Source of the DNA: Paramecium tetraurelia
Lineage: Eukaryota
Direction: 5' to 3'
Assembly (NCBI GenBank): GCA_000165425.1
Contig: CT868079.1
Coordinates: 1-64,000 of the forward strand
DNA: 64,000 nucleotides
Shown: positions 44,286 through 57,199 of the stretch, in pieces
How positions within the stretch are numbered: the stretch's first letter is position 1
Layout of the letters: every line of letters starts with the position of its first letter
Made by a program: the position numbers and the translations under genes
Notes under the pieces: model-generated
What the model saw: only the letters and a program-made list of their open reading frames with translations
Database searches by the model: none
What the model was told of the DNA's origin: nothing

Positions 44286-45688
44286 ATGTTCAATATAGTT
44301 TTATTAGTGGTTCTAGTGTTGGTGGCTTAAGCTGATAAATTGGTATAAATCCAGGCATTATGGAGACATGGTGCAAGAACACCAATCTTTTGTAATTGGA
44401 ATTGCGAGTATTTCAGAAATCACACAATGCTTGAAGGCTATTTAACACCTACAGGAATGAGGTAACATTATGTCTTAGGACAATGGATGAGAGAGAGATA
44501 CATTGTAAAAAACAAGTTATTGAGTGATATCTTCAACGCATAAGAAATTACAATTTATGCCACAGATGTCAATCGTACAATAATGAGTGCGATGAGCAAC
44601 TTCTAAGGAATGTATTCAAATAATGGTCCCAATGTTCCCAATGTTGAAGAGTCTTTCCTTAAACCCCCTAATCCTGATGCTAAACCAGATGAAGATATTG
44701 GAAAATCAGCCCTTAAGTATAATATCTAAGTTCTTCCAATTCACATGAGAGCAGCTATGACTGATATTTAATTAAGAGCCTACGGAGCACCACAATGTGC
44801 ATAGGCTGCCAAATTTTAGATTGAGAATCAACATACACAACTTGTTAAGAATGTAAGCCAAAAGGCTCACGATACTATAATTTAATTCTGTAATGAAATG
44901 AATATAGATCCAAACAATTTTACAATCTTCAACTTATCTGAATACATGGACACATTCTATTCAAGCATCTATAATGATTATCCAATGCCTGAGAAATTAT
45001 AGAAGGAAACCTATGAAAAAGCAGATGCAGCTTATTCAATGACAATTGCTTTAAAATTATATTAGACATGGAAGTAAATAAATAGATATACTTAGATAAA
45101 TTACAACTTAATCAGCTCCATTTTTTGATCAATTATTCAATTACACAGAACAGGCCTTAAGCAAAGATGAAAATGTTAAATCATCGAAGTATGTAGTATA
45201 CTCAGCTCATGATGTCACAGTTTAATTGGTTGCCTCTGCTTTGAATATTACATCAGCTGAATGCATGGCCCAAGTGTATCTTGGTTAGGAAGTACAGAAT
45301 AAGAATTGTATCTACACATATCCAGGATTCGCTTCAAATATCATTTGGGAATTGTGGTAAGAGGAAACTACAAACGAGCCTTATTTCAAGATCCTCTACA
45401 ATGGTACAGAGATGAATTTGTGCAATAAGAATTCAACCAAGTGCATGTATAAGGAATTCAAGGAATTGATCTTGGCTCAAAAGGGAGACTTTGAAAAAGA
45501 TTGTGATATTGAAATAGAACCAATTGTATAATTTTAGCATATCCTTTTAGATTGAATATAGAGTTCCTGTTTGGATGACAACACTTACTATTATATTTAT
45601 TGTTATCATTGTTGGATTTTGTTTCTATGGCGTTTACTTGTACAAGTAAATAAGATAGGATAAAACTTTATTAAGTTAAAACCTGTGA
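44286..45688 (+). CDS. Histidine acid phosphatase (lysosomal/prostatic type), signal peptide and C-terminal TM
   Basis: WRHGARTP, LTPTGMRQHYVLGQWMRERY, RTIMSA, YSAHDVT, C-terminal hydrophobic span. Confidence 0.93.
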
Positions 45689-45787
45689 GATTTGAGATTT
45701 AATATATAAAATAATAAAAATGCGAAAATCCAATTTATGAAGCATTTCCATTTTCCCTCTTAAAATTAACAATATATTAAATTATTT

Positions 45788-46475
45788 ATGATAAAAACTA
45801 CGCAAACTCCACTCAATAAAGAAGAACAAAGGCGTTTAAATTAGATAGTTCAATAATTACTAGACTCTAATGACAGTGTAGAATTTAGACAGCCAGTGGA
45901 TTACAAAGCATTAAATTTACATGATTATATTACTATTGTCAAAAAGCCAATGGATCTTGGCACTGTCTAAAGAAAATTAAATAGCAACACATACAAAACA
46001 GTGGAAGAATGCTTGGATGATATTCAACTTATTTGGGATAATTGCAAATTGTATAATGGTTCATAAAGCGTAAATATTAATAAAAATAATAAAGTGGATT
46101 ACTAAGATAGCAGAAAAATTAGAGAGATTATTTAAGAAAAATGTTAGAAACTATTTACCTCTTGTGAATCTGCCATAATTTGTGCCTAAATAAAAAGATG
46201 CAGGAGCAGATGTATTCTAGGAAGAACCTTAAGATCAAGTGAGTTACAACGACAAAGTTGAGTTTTCTAATAATCTAAAGCAACTCGCTCCTGAATAAAT
46301 TGGACTTATAGTCCATATGATTTAGAATACTTCTCCAAATGCATTCGTTGAGATAGAAGGAGAGAAATATTAAATCATAGTCGACTACATTGAATACGAA
46401 GCATTTCTTAAATGTTAAAAGTAAATACAAACCTGGATTGCCGGAGACACAATCAATAAGAAAGTGAAAATTTGA
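45788..46475 (+). CDS. Single-bromodomain + ET(NET)-like domain protein
   Basis: EFRQPVDY...DYITIVKKPMDLGTV...IWDNCKLYN; then VSYNDKVEFSNNLKQLAPEQIGLIVHMIQ...YQIIVD. Confidence 0.88.
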
Positions 46476-46519
46476 CACATCTATAATTAAATATTTAGAA
46501 TTAAAATACATTAAAATAT

Positions 46520-47338
46520 AGAATATCATTTCCAAATTATTAGGTTTCATCTCATACCTACGGAATAAATGTGAATAAAACACCTGATGAAAGAACCCAC
46601 TGAGAACAAAAGAAAGGCTAGGTTATATAAAATCAACGACAATTCAATTTCCAGGAACCTTATATTTCTCATATTGTACAAATGAATTATCATGTATATT
46701 TAATTTAGATATTTTTTCATTACCAAAAGACTAGCCAAAATAGCATTTGAATTGGGAATTAAAAATATGTAATTTTTATTTTCTTATTCAATTCTATTAC
46801 CCATTTGCTATAATTATCTTCAATACTTTCTTTCCTAATTTACTTTAAATCTCCTAATTATTCAGATAAAATATTCAATTTATTTCTTTAACAATTCTTA
46901 TCGTGTTATAATTCTTCAATCATTAAGCCATCTTCAAATTATTAAATCAAATAATTACATTTAAATCATATTGCACATTATTTTCATTAAGAATTGGTAT
47001 CACCCTACATTTGGTAGATCTAGTTTAATTACAAAATTAATGAATAGATTTTCACAAATTAATTTTGATCTTTCTTAAACTTTTTTATATAAATCTCTAC
47101 TTTATTTTCCAATTCATCATTTCTCATTTATACCTTAATCATCTCTTTGATTAAGCAACTCCATATAATTGCACCCCATAAATTTCAAGAAATCTCAAAT
47201 CTGTTATTAATAAAATTCTATAGCTTGCTTATTCTGTTTATAATATTCTTCCATGATCTCCAAGTGATTACATTAGTAAACAACAATGATAATCGATTAT
47301 TATAATGCATTCTATTTTACTGAATTAGATCAATCATT
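46520..47338 (-). pseudogene. Degenerate gene remnant
   Basis: Codon-like purine-rich minus strand starting MIDLIQQNRMH with multiple in-frame TGAs and frame switches. Confidence 0.35.
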
Positions 47339-47395
47339 TAATTATATTTAATATTAAAAATTTATACTTTTTATTTGAACAATAAGCAAAAATCA

Positions 47396-49653
47396 TCACT
47401 TTCTTAACGTAGTAGCCCTAGGGATTATCTATTTTTATAAATCCTTCTCTAACTGTTCCTTTTCTAATTATAATTTTTTTTCCTCTTCTTCCTTTTCTAA
47501 TTTCAAATTTCTTTATTCTATAAATCCCTTTATTTGTTAATTTAGAATTTCATTTCTTTATTGAATTTGATCAAGAATTTTTGTTTCTTCTTTCAGTTTG
47601 TCAATTTCTTTATTATAATTTTCCAATTTTTATTTCTCAATTGGTAATTCTCTTAGTTTAGCTTTTGTAGCAATTAATTGTTCTTTTACCGTTTTTACAT
47701 CAGCCTCTATAGTCGATAGTTATTGTAAACTTTATTAGAGTTCTTAAATTTCTAATTTTAATTATTCAAACTAGGCTTTATAGCTATTTAATCTTGCAAT
47801 ATCCTCTTTTAGTTAAGTTATATATTATTCATTTTTCAGTTTTTCAGACTTAATAGAATCTAAAAATTATAGCTTAATTCTTAAATCCAATATTTCATCT
47901 TTTTATTTTCGAACCTCCAAATCTAGGTCAGATAATTGAGTGAGTTTTTATTCTAAATCATTAATAATTTATTGTTATTTTGCTTTCTGATCTTAATAGT
48001 AATTTAATGTAATCATTTATTGTTCTAATTTGTTAATCTAAAGTTGAAAATTATCAGTTTCTCTTTTAAGTTAGCCATCATTAATAGATTTAATTTGTGT
48101 TTGTAATTCTTTTTAAGTTTCTTCTAAAATTTCTTTTTATATCAGCATTTTCTGTTTTTATTTCAAAATTTCAACTGTTTATTAAACCTATTTATACTCT
48201 AATTATTTATTCTCAAAATTCAAAGTAATTTTATTTAAGATTTCAATTTCGGCTTTAATTTTTTGAAAATTGTCATCCAAATCAGCTTCTTATTAACTTG
48301 AAATGGATTTCTCCTCAATTTCTTACATTGTTTTCTTTATTTCATTTAATTTTGATGCAATAATAGGGGGAAGGTCTTTCCTGAAAACTGCCTAATTTTA
48401 CTTTTAATTTTCTTGACTAGGATCAGAACCATTAGTTTATAAAACTTGAATAGGATTATTTTCTAATTAATTTAAAGCTTTTATTATTTACTCTTTTAAA
48501 TTACACAGTAACTTGATGGATTATTCTTTTTATTATTATTAATTATTGTTAAAACTAGGACCTTACAAAGGCATAACCAATGCATTTATTTATTATGTTA
48601 TCAATTATTATAATGATTAGTATTGGGATTAACCGTTGTTTGCATTCAATTATTATTTAACAAAATTTGTTGTTACTGGAGTTTAATTTAAAATAGCCAT
48701 CTTCATTATAAAATTTTTAGATAATTTTTCTTATGCTTCCCTAGCAGTAATTCTTTAATTTGGATCTGGGTGAAGCATTCTTTTAATTGTGTGCTTCCAT
48801 TCTTCAGAAATTTGCAATTCATCTATTTTAGTGTATATTTAGTTTTGATCACTAATATGTCTTTTTACTATTTCTTCTAATTCTTAGTTTGTTTTAACTA
48901 GGATTATATTAAATAATTGCCATACCATCTAAAAGTTGAGTTCCTTTAATAATTTCATAAAAAACAAAAGCCATTGCCCAAACATCAACAGCCATGGTGT
49001 AGTCCGGTTTCCCTTAAATTATTTCGGGTGCTTGAAAAAGCTTTGTGCCAACAGCTAATGTCATACGATTTTAATCAACATTGAAGAACTTAATTAATCC
49101 AAAATCAATTAATTTGATCTATTGATCAACCATCATATAATTTTCTGGCTTGATGTCTCTGTGGAAGAGGTTCTATGAGTGTATAAAGACGATTGATGTT
49201 AATATCTATTTAAATTGAATTTAGTACTTATAAGCAAATTGATGACTTTTATTAAATTGTCAATTTATTTTTATTCTACTCTATATATTTATAGAGGTCA
49301 ATTTATCCTAATTCCATTACTAGAACATAAAAGTTATTCCATTGAAAAGCATCATAAATTCTTATAATATTTGAAGGAGCATAATTAGAGCTATTGGGTA
49401 ATTCATATTTATTCTAATATTCGATGATCTTTTGATAAAACCACATCACATTTTCCTTAATATACGTTGAGAATTTGATGGCAACTTCATTTTAATTTTA
49501 ACCTTAATTAAATGACTTGGCTCTATAAACAGCACCTTCTTATCCCATTCCTAAGAGTTCTAAAATTTTAAACTATTTAATAGGTTGGTTGGGTGAAGAC
49601 ACATCGATTATGGTGCCTTCTTTTAATTATGGATACTAATTCTATTAAATCAT
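47396..49653 (-). CDS. Ser/Thr kinase + Q-rich + long coiled coil (K6), apparently intact
   Basis: [46 protein letters not shown]; introns of 22 and 28 nt at the family positions; TGA at 47396. Confidence 0.9.
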
Positions 49654-49740
49654 TTGTTTTATTTATTTGTTAAATTTTTTCTATAAAAAATATTTTATTT
49701 TCAAAAGTATTTTAATGAAAAAAATAAATAATATTAAAAT

Positions 49741-50667
49741 ATGAAGTATTTAATCGGCTCCATTTTGATTTCCTTACTATTGTTTGCTAATAATTTTAAT
49801 AACAATTAGTTTTAATCTTCTGATTTCTAGAATTGGCAAAAACAATATGGATATTATAATACAGAATTCGAGAGATAATATAGAGAAATGATATACAATC
49901 AAAATAAAAAGCTTATATAAGAACACAATAGCAAATAGAACATTACATACAGAATGTAGGAGAACTAATTTATGACTTTAACTCATGAAGAATTTGTAGG
50001 AATCTATCTGTAAGAAACAGAGGTGTCTATACCAGAAATAACAATTCTTAATTAAGATTTTTATCAACCATTGTAAGCAGTTGACTGGAGAAATTACACA
50101 ACGATTTATAATCAAGGTTCTTGTGCTGCAGGATGGGCATTTTCAGTGGGTAGTTCTATTGAAGCCTGGTTTTATATTAGAGGTGGCGGATAGAATATTT
50201 CTGTATCAGTTTAGCAACTAATCGACTGTGAGAAAAATTCATCAGGATGTAGTGGAGGCATTAACACATAGGCTATGTTATATGCTTTATAAGATGGACT
50301 ATACAATTCTCAAAATTATCCTTATGTTGGCACTCAATTAGCTTGCAAAGCAACTAAGAGTGGTACATATTTTATAAATAATTACACATTTGTGGGAGGC
50401 TCTACATAATCATTGCAAAGTTCCTTATAAAATTATCCAGCATCTGTTGGTTTGGATGCAACATATTGGTAATTTTATAGTTCTGGATTATTTTCAAATT
50501 GCTCTGAAAATGTCGTTAATCACTATGCCCTTGCAATAGGTTTTGATTCAAATAACAATTGGGTTGTTTAAAATTCATTCGGATCAGCTTGGGGTGAGAA
50601 TGGAATTATCAAACTACCACCTAATAATACATGTGGAATATTAAATCAAGCCTATCAAATATATTGA
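49741..50667 (+). CDS. Cathepsin L-like papain (C1A) with I29 propeptide; catalytic Cys replaced by Gly
   Basis: Signal peptide, ERFNIN-like pro-region, NQFMTLTHEEF, VDWR, NQGSCAAGWAFS, SVQQLIDC, GCSGG, NHYALAIG, QNSFGSAWGENG; intronless 308 aa. Confidence 0.92.
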
Positions 50668-51391
50668 AAATATTCATCAAAACAAATAAGCCATTATTTT
50701 TAAATATTTATAGATTTGAGCAATACTCCATAAATTTTTATTTAACTTATTATTAAATTTAGATTTATTCTTCCCCTTGGTCATTATTGTTTAAATATCT
50801 GTAAATCTAATATAGATTTATCAAGAAATTATTTTTTAGAAAGTATTCTCTACAAAAAATTAGGATATACGTGATTAAAGGAAAGGTTCGAGTCCCCAAA
50901 TTCCCTGATTTTTATTTTGGATATTTTTGCCACATTGCAGAAATATCCATTATGACATTTAAAGCCCATTTTTACACATCAAATTTGAAGCAATGGAAAT
51001 GAAATGATAATTGGTCATTATAATGCTTATCTAAATGTATTAGTAGTATGGAGATCATAATTGTGGTTATATAATGCTCATATTTGTTTAAAATAATAAA
51101 AGATTCTGGAGTATGGATTTTCTTAAGAATTCTCTTTTGGTTTGTATTCCTCCTGAAGTATCAAAAACTATGCATACGATTACTTGAAAATTTAACGAAG
51201 TTGATATTAAAAATGGGAAACTCAGGGAGGGAAACAACAATAGGGGAGATACTTTAGTAAATTGGGTTGTGGTTGATTAGTGCAGTAGGATTTGAGAATA
51301 AGGGGATATGTAATAGGATAATGGATTTTAGGAAAATATTTTGAAAGGAGGAAATAATATTAGGATTATTGGGACTAATTAAATATATAAT

Positions 51392-54300
51392 ATGTTAAAT
51401 TCGCAAACGTAATCATAATCAGCAATGTCAATCTTGGGATATGTGCCTGCATTGATAGTTTAACATTTGTTGAATCTGAAGATGAACAAACTGCCAAGAA
51501 GTTTACCAGAGAAATAAAATATTAAGAGTGTAGTGATGTTTGCAGACATTTCAGGATTCACTAAATTAACAGAGAAATTGAGTCAATTGGGAACAGAGGG
51601 GGCTGAGAGAATTGCATTTGCAATAAATAGATATATGGAATTGTTAGTTCAGGGAATAGGAAGAAGCGGAGGAGATATTTTCAAATTTGCAGGGGGTAAT
51701 AATGTTAATAAGGTCAGATGCAATGATAGTGATTTGGCCTCCACCTCCAGAGGGGAATAATTTTGTTCAATAGATAGAGACATTGCTTAAATAGGCAATC
51801 CAATCGGCTCTGCTAATTTAGGAGAAGCTAACCAAGACCACCATAGAGCAAGGCATCCAATTGAGTGTGAAAATAGGTAATAAGTAATGTATTAAAGAAT
51901 AGGTTTTGGAGTAGGTGAGATGAGTATAATCCATGTGGGTGGTGTCTTTAATAGGATTGAATATTTAGCAACTGGTGATCCTTTGTTGTAAGCCTTTGCA
52001 TCTGAGCATTGTCTTACAGAGGGTGGCAAAATAATAATCTCATAATAAGTGTATAATTTGGTGAATAACTTTTTCGAGTGCAAAGAAGTGGAACATCATG
52101 AAAATCATTTTGAAGTTATTCAGATAAAAAGCACCTAGGCTAAGGTTAAAATGAAAGCAGATGCATTACTAATAAAGAATAACATTACAATAGCCAAGTT
52201 CTAAGCAATTAGGAATGAGATCTAATCATACATTCCAGCAGCATTATTGCCATATATAGAAATTAATGAGGAACCATGGAGTGCAGAATTGAGAAGACTT
52301 TCAGTGATGTTTGTGAATTTGGGAATCGATTTGAATGATGCTAAATCAGACAAAGGATTGCAATAGATATAGAGAGTGATAATGACAGTCTAGAAATGTA
52401 TTTACATGCATGAAGGATCATTGAATAAATTGTTAATGGACGATAAGGGCTCCACATTGATAATTGTATTTGGATTGCCTCCATTATCACATCAGAATGA
52501 TGCAGTGAGAGCAATTTTGACTGCTTAATTGATGAGAGTAGAATTACCAAAAATAAATTGTGGGTGTGCAATAGGCATAGTAACTGGTACTGTATTTGCT
52601 GGAGTTGTTGGGACAAGTGGATCAAGACGAGAATATTCTGTTCTGGGAGACTCAGTCAATTTGGCAGCACGATTAATGTAAGCAGCATGTGAAGAAAAAG
52701 AAAATAAAATATTAGTTTGTTCGGAAACAGCCAAGAGTGCTGAGCAGAATCTTAGTTTTTAATTTTTGAGATCTCAAATTGTCAAAGGCAAAAATTAACC
52801 TGTTGAAATTTATGTCCCATTAATTAATTCTTAACCAAGTTCCACTGGCAATTTCTTCCCCACTTTGAGAACTAATAATTATGCTTTTGGTTTTAAGAGG
52901 AAGACAGAGTTTGCTAATCAATAGATTTTCGGTAGAGAGGAACCTTATAAGAAAATACTAAATTAAGTTGATAAAATTATGAGAGGAAGTGACAAAAAAG
53001 GTTTATTAATGTTATACTATTTTTAGGATTATTTATTATTAAGGGTTCTTTTGGAGTTGGTAAATCTATGTTAGTTAAGAAAGTACTTCATAGAGTTTAG
53101 GAGAAATTGAATAGTAATTAATATAATCCTTGGAAATACGGAGAGATGCCACAGATTCTTACTTCGTAATTGAATCCTGTAACTAGGGCATATAAATTGA
53201 ATGGTATTGAATTTAATCTGATTAGTGAGGACTGCGCTAGATTTTGAAATAAATTTTTATTCTTTATTCCAAAAGATTGGAACGCGAACCAGATTTATCC
53301 TTATTCCAATTGATGGTAGATGAATAATTGTACTCTCAAAATACAATCAATCTCATGAAAGAGATATTAGATTTGAAATGTATTTCTAGAGTTGAGAATT
53401 TCCCTCCTAAAGGAAATGATGATGAGAATCAACAAGAATTAAAGAAAATTGTAATTTTTGCATTCATATTATAAGACTCTATAATTCCTTAGTAACTTTT
53501 TTGAATAAGTGCCTGAAAAATATTAAAATCTTTACGTTGGTAGATCTCCTGAAGAATTAGGATGGGATATTAAGCAATCCAATATCAGATAAGTCATCAA
53601 ATATTCAATTAAATACAGTAATATCATATGTCCTGTAATTCTTTGTTTGGATGACATGCAAAATTATGATAATCTCACCTTCAAAATCATTAGTTTGATG
53701 ATCAAAGCATATGATCGAATCTAAGTGTTGGGATTGTACCGTGATAACTTTCATGAAATGACACTACAAGTGAAAACAGCTGAGAAAAAGAAGTCATAAG
53801 AAGAAATAGCCATGGATGGGATAAGCAGATTGGAAGATGCCATTGAATAGAATTTCTACAGTATTATTCAGTTGAAGGGAATTGAGAGAAAGGGAAAAGA
53901 CGACGAATTCGCTAAAATGATTAGATATTCATTCAATATATCTAAGTTGGATATTGAGAATTTGAAGCCTACTTAGGAAGAAATAAGAAAGAGAGAACCA
54001 TCAGTAACAAATGATGTGTGTGTACAAGAGACATTAAATAAGGAGATGAATCATTAATTCTTATTCTTTTAAAATAAGTAATAGTTAATAGGACAAGATA
54101 TTGAATTACTCCTACTATCATATATTTATTTAAAAACTTCTGGTGTTCCTCTGATGGTATTAAACTTTGTGTAAAACCTGATCGATCAAGGATACATTAA
54201 GATGGGAAATAAAAGTGCAACAATAACAAAGGAATTAATTAATTTAATCAATTACGAGGAGAGTATTATCATTGATGCTCCATGTGATCGCATAGCCGTC

Positions 54301-57135
54301 AATGGTCCAATCATAGACAAGTAATAGATAATATATATAATTAAGGTTGCCTTGTTTGGAGCAATTGATCTTAAAAGTGGCAAGTATAATTGGCGATATT
54401 TTTGATATTCAAATGTTGAGTAGAATAAATCCATTTAAGGCAGCAGTTAATAATCGATTGCAAAAAATGATGGATGAATTAGAACAGAAAGATTTTATTG
54501 AGACTATGGAAGTTTAGGAATAAAACATCTATTATAGATTTACATGTCCATTTATGAGGGATTGTTTATATCAAAGAATCACCTTTAAATAGCGTAGACA
54601 ATTACACAAAGCAGCTGCAGAGGCTATTTAATTATTACCTTTAGCATTCGAAATAGATGAAAGAATAGAGAGCAAGAAGTTGCAATTTCATTGGGTGATG
54701 GCTGAACAAAATAATCAAGTAGTTTAGCAATCTACCCAAAATTTCAAGGCCAGATAATCCAGTGGTTCAGTTAGGAACTTGGTTTTGAGAGCTACTTTCG
54801 GGATAGGGATGTAAAAGCAAAAGTAAGAGGACAATAGCAATAATCAAGTAGCTTAGGTCAATTAATATAAATTTGAAAATCTATCCTCAAAGGCTATGAG
54901 ATCAATTATATTAAAATAGATCTCAAATAAGTTAACCAAGAATAATAACAACATAAATACCATTTTGAAGGAGGGCATATTGGAGAAGAAATCGAAATAG
55001 AATGTATCGTGGGCTCCTCGATATTGGGTGTTGGATGGAAAGGAGATGAGGTGTTATTATACTAAGTAAGATATGTTAAAAAAGGAATTGCCTCTTTGCA
55101 CAATTCCACTGAAGGGAATATATTCAGTGATTCCATTGGATGTCAGGGAGCAGGGAGATAACAACTTCCCATTATCTATAAGTTCCACTTTGTGGTATAA
55201 GAAAAACAAGGAGATGGGAGAGAGGAGATTTCTATTGAATAGTAAGAATGTGGAGGATTTGGAAATGTGGATAATCTATCTGGAATTTGCTAAGGCCAAA
55301 GCAATTTATGATGATTTCACAAATAACTATGGCAAGATCAGTTTTCCTTTAGGCAACAATAATGATTATTATGATCCTGAGTTCAAATACGATGTGAATA
55401 TCGAAGTATGAATTTGTATTTAAAATTAAAGAAGTAGAAATTGTCTTTGGGTCTGCAATATGATAAGAGTTAATAAGCTAAAATGAGCAAGAACTCTGTA
55501 CTCTCAAGGAATTCAAGAGCCTCTCGGATGACAATAGCAACTAAGCAATTTAAATTTATGGAGAAAGCATCCTAAGAAGATAATATACTTCAAACTTCTC
55601 AAATTATTGATAGTTAATTGTTGAAAGACAGGATCAATTGTTTTTTGTAGAAAAGGTATGATATTAATGTTGATTTAAGTATGCTTCTATTGTTTTCTCA
55701 TTTATTTGATATGTCATTGCAGAAGCAGGATGATTACAACCTGCTCGGCCAACCCAATATGGTAATGAAGAAGATGACCAACATTTTCAAGATAGATAAA
55801 TAGTTGACAACTGAGAATAAAAAATAATCCAATGCATTCATCAACAATTAATCATAGTCTTAATCAATATCGATAACTAATTCAAATGATAACAATCCTA
55901 ATGTGATATAATAGTCATAGCAGTTGCAATAACGGAAAGCCATAACATTGGATGGCAATCCCTTGGTGGCTAAGAAGATTGACACTAGTATAGATGAGGA
56001 TTCAGTGTGCAGCAGTAATGAAGGTGGAGAAGGACTCTTGTAGACAAAGACTTTATAATAGATAATGGAAGAGGAATATGATAATGAAATGAGTGGTATA
56101 TTAATTTGATTGATATTTGTAGAGAGTACAAATCAACAACAATAATAATTGAAACAATAGAGAAATTAAAAATATTTCGAAGAAATGCGAATGAAATAAA
56201 GTTCAAAATTTTAGTAGGAAGATAGAAAGCGATCTGATAGTCAGGAAAGTTTCGAATAAAATATTGCCATTTCAAGAAGACATACAGAGAGATAGGATTA
56301 GTTGGCTAAGTAAATGAATTATTTTAAACTACCAAACTAATAATAAGAGGTTAGAAACATCACCGAATTTAAATTAGATATGGCTGTCTAAGTTGATTTA
56401 CAAAAAGTGAATAATTCAATTAGTAAATCCATAAGTAAATCATCCATTGATCCAAAGTCTGAACTCTCGTATCAACAAAATGACAACCAAGAATTCTTAA
56501 AATTATTTGAAAATAGCACCAATCAAGGATAATCATAATAGAACAATCAATTCAGTAACAAAATTCTAGATGACAACAAGAGAGACACCATTTAAACGCA
56601 CATTTCATCTTCCAATTTCTTATCTACTCAATATCCATTTTTACATCACCAATCGACACTACTCTCCTCTAATACTAATTAAAAATAAAGATAGCCTCAA
56701 TAGTATGCAAGTAGATAAAGTCAAATATCTCAAAAAACTATTGCCAATTCAATCTCATCATAATAACATCAATATGGAACTGCTTTAAATACTTGTAAAT
56801 CTTTAAGTGGAGATATCTTCACCCTAAGACCAGGCTATAGAGTAGTTGTCACAAGGATAGATCAATAGAAGAAGTTGATTTATTGTAATTATTAGAATAT
56901 GCCAGGATTATTTTATTTGAGAGATATAGCTGTCATTGAAGGTATCAATTCATCTCATTTATTTATAGATAATCAAGAGGAATCGTAGATTAAAATGAAA
57001 TCCAGAACACCCACTATGTTTGAAGTCAAATACAAAGAATTATTGAATGATAGATTCAACACAAGAAGCAAATCTCCAAATTATCGTTCTGCTTAATGTA
57101 AAACTCCTCCCAAGAAACCATTTATGAGATTTTGA
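51392..57135 (+). CDS. Soluble adenylyl cyclase (ADCY10)-like: tandem class III cyclase domains + STAND-type P-loop NTPase + PH domain + C-terminal SH3-like domain
   Basis: MFADISGFTKLTE, GGDIFKFAGDA, LNKLLMDDKGS, REYSVLGDSVNLAARLM, VKGK; FGREE, GSFGVGKS, LCLDDMQ; LKEGILEKKSKQNVSWAPRYWVL...LEMWIIYL; about ten short introns. Confidence 0.9.
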
Positions 57136-57199
57136 ATTTTACTATATTCTTATATTAATAGATACATCTTAACAGAATATTAATTAAAAATTCAAATTT

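Noticed and set aside
50884..50897. GGTTCGAGTCCC, a tRNA T-loop/B-box-like motif
   Set aside because: The T-stem does not pair beyond 2 bp and there is no acceptor, D or anticodon arm
50700..51380. Possible USP His-box-like GHYNAY fragment in an eroded region
   Set aside because: Single short motif with surrounding frames broken; insufficient support
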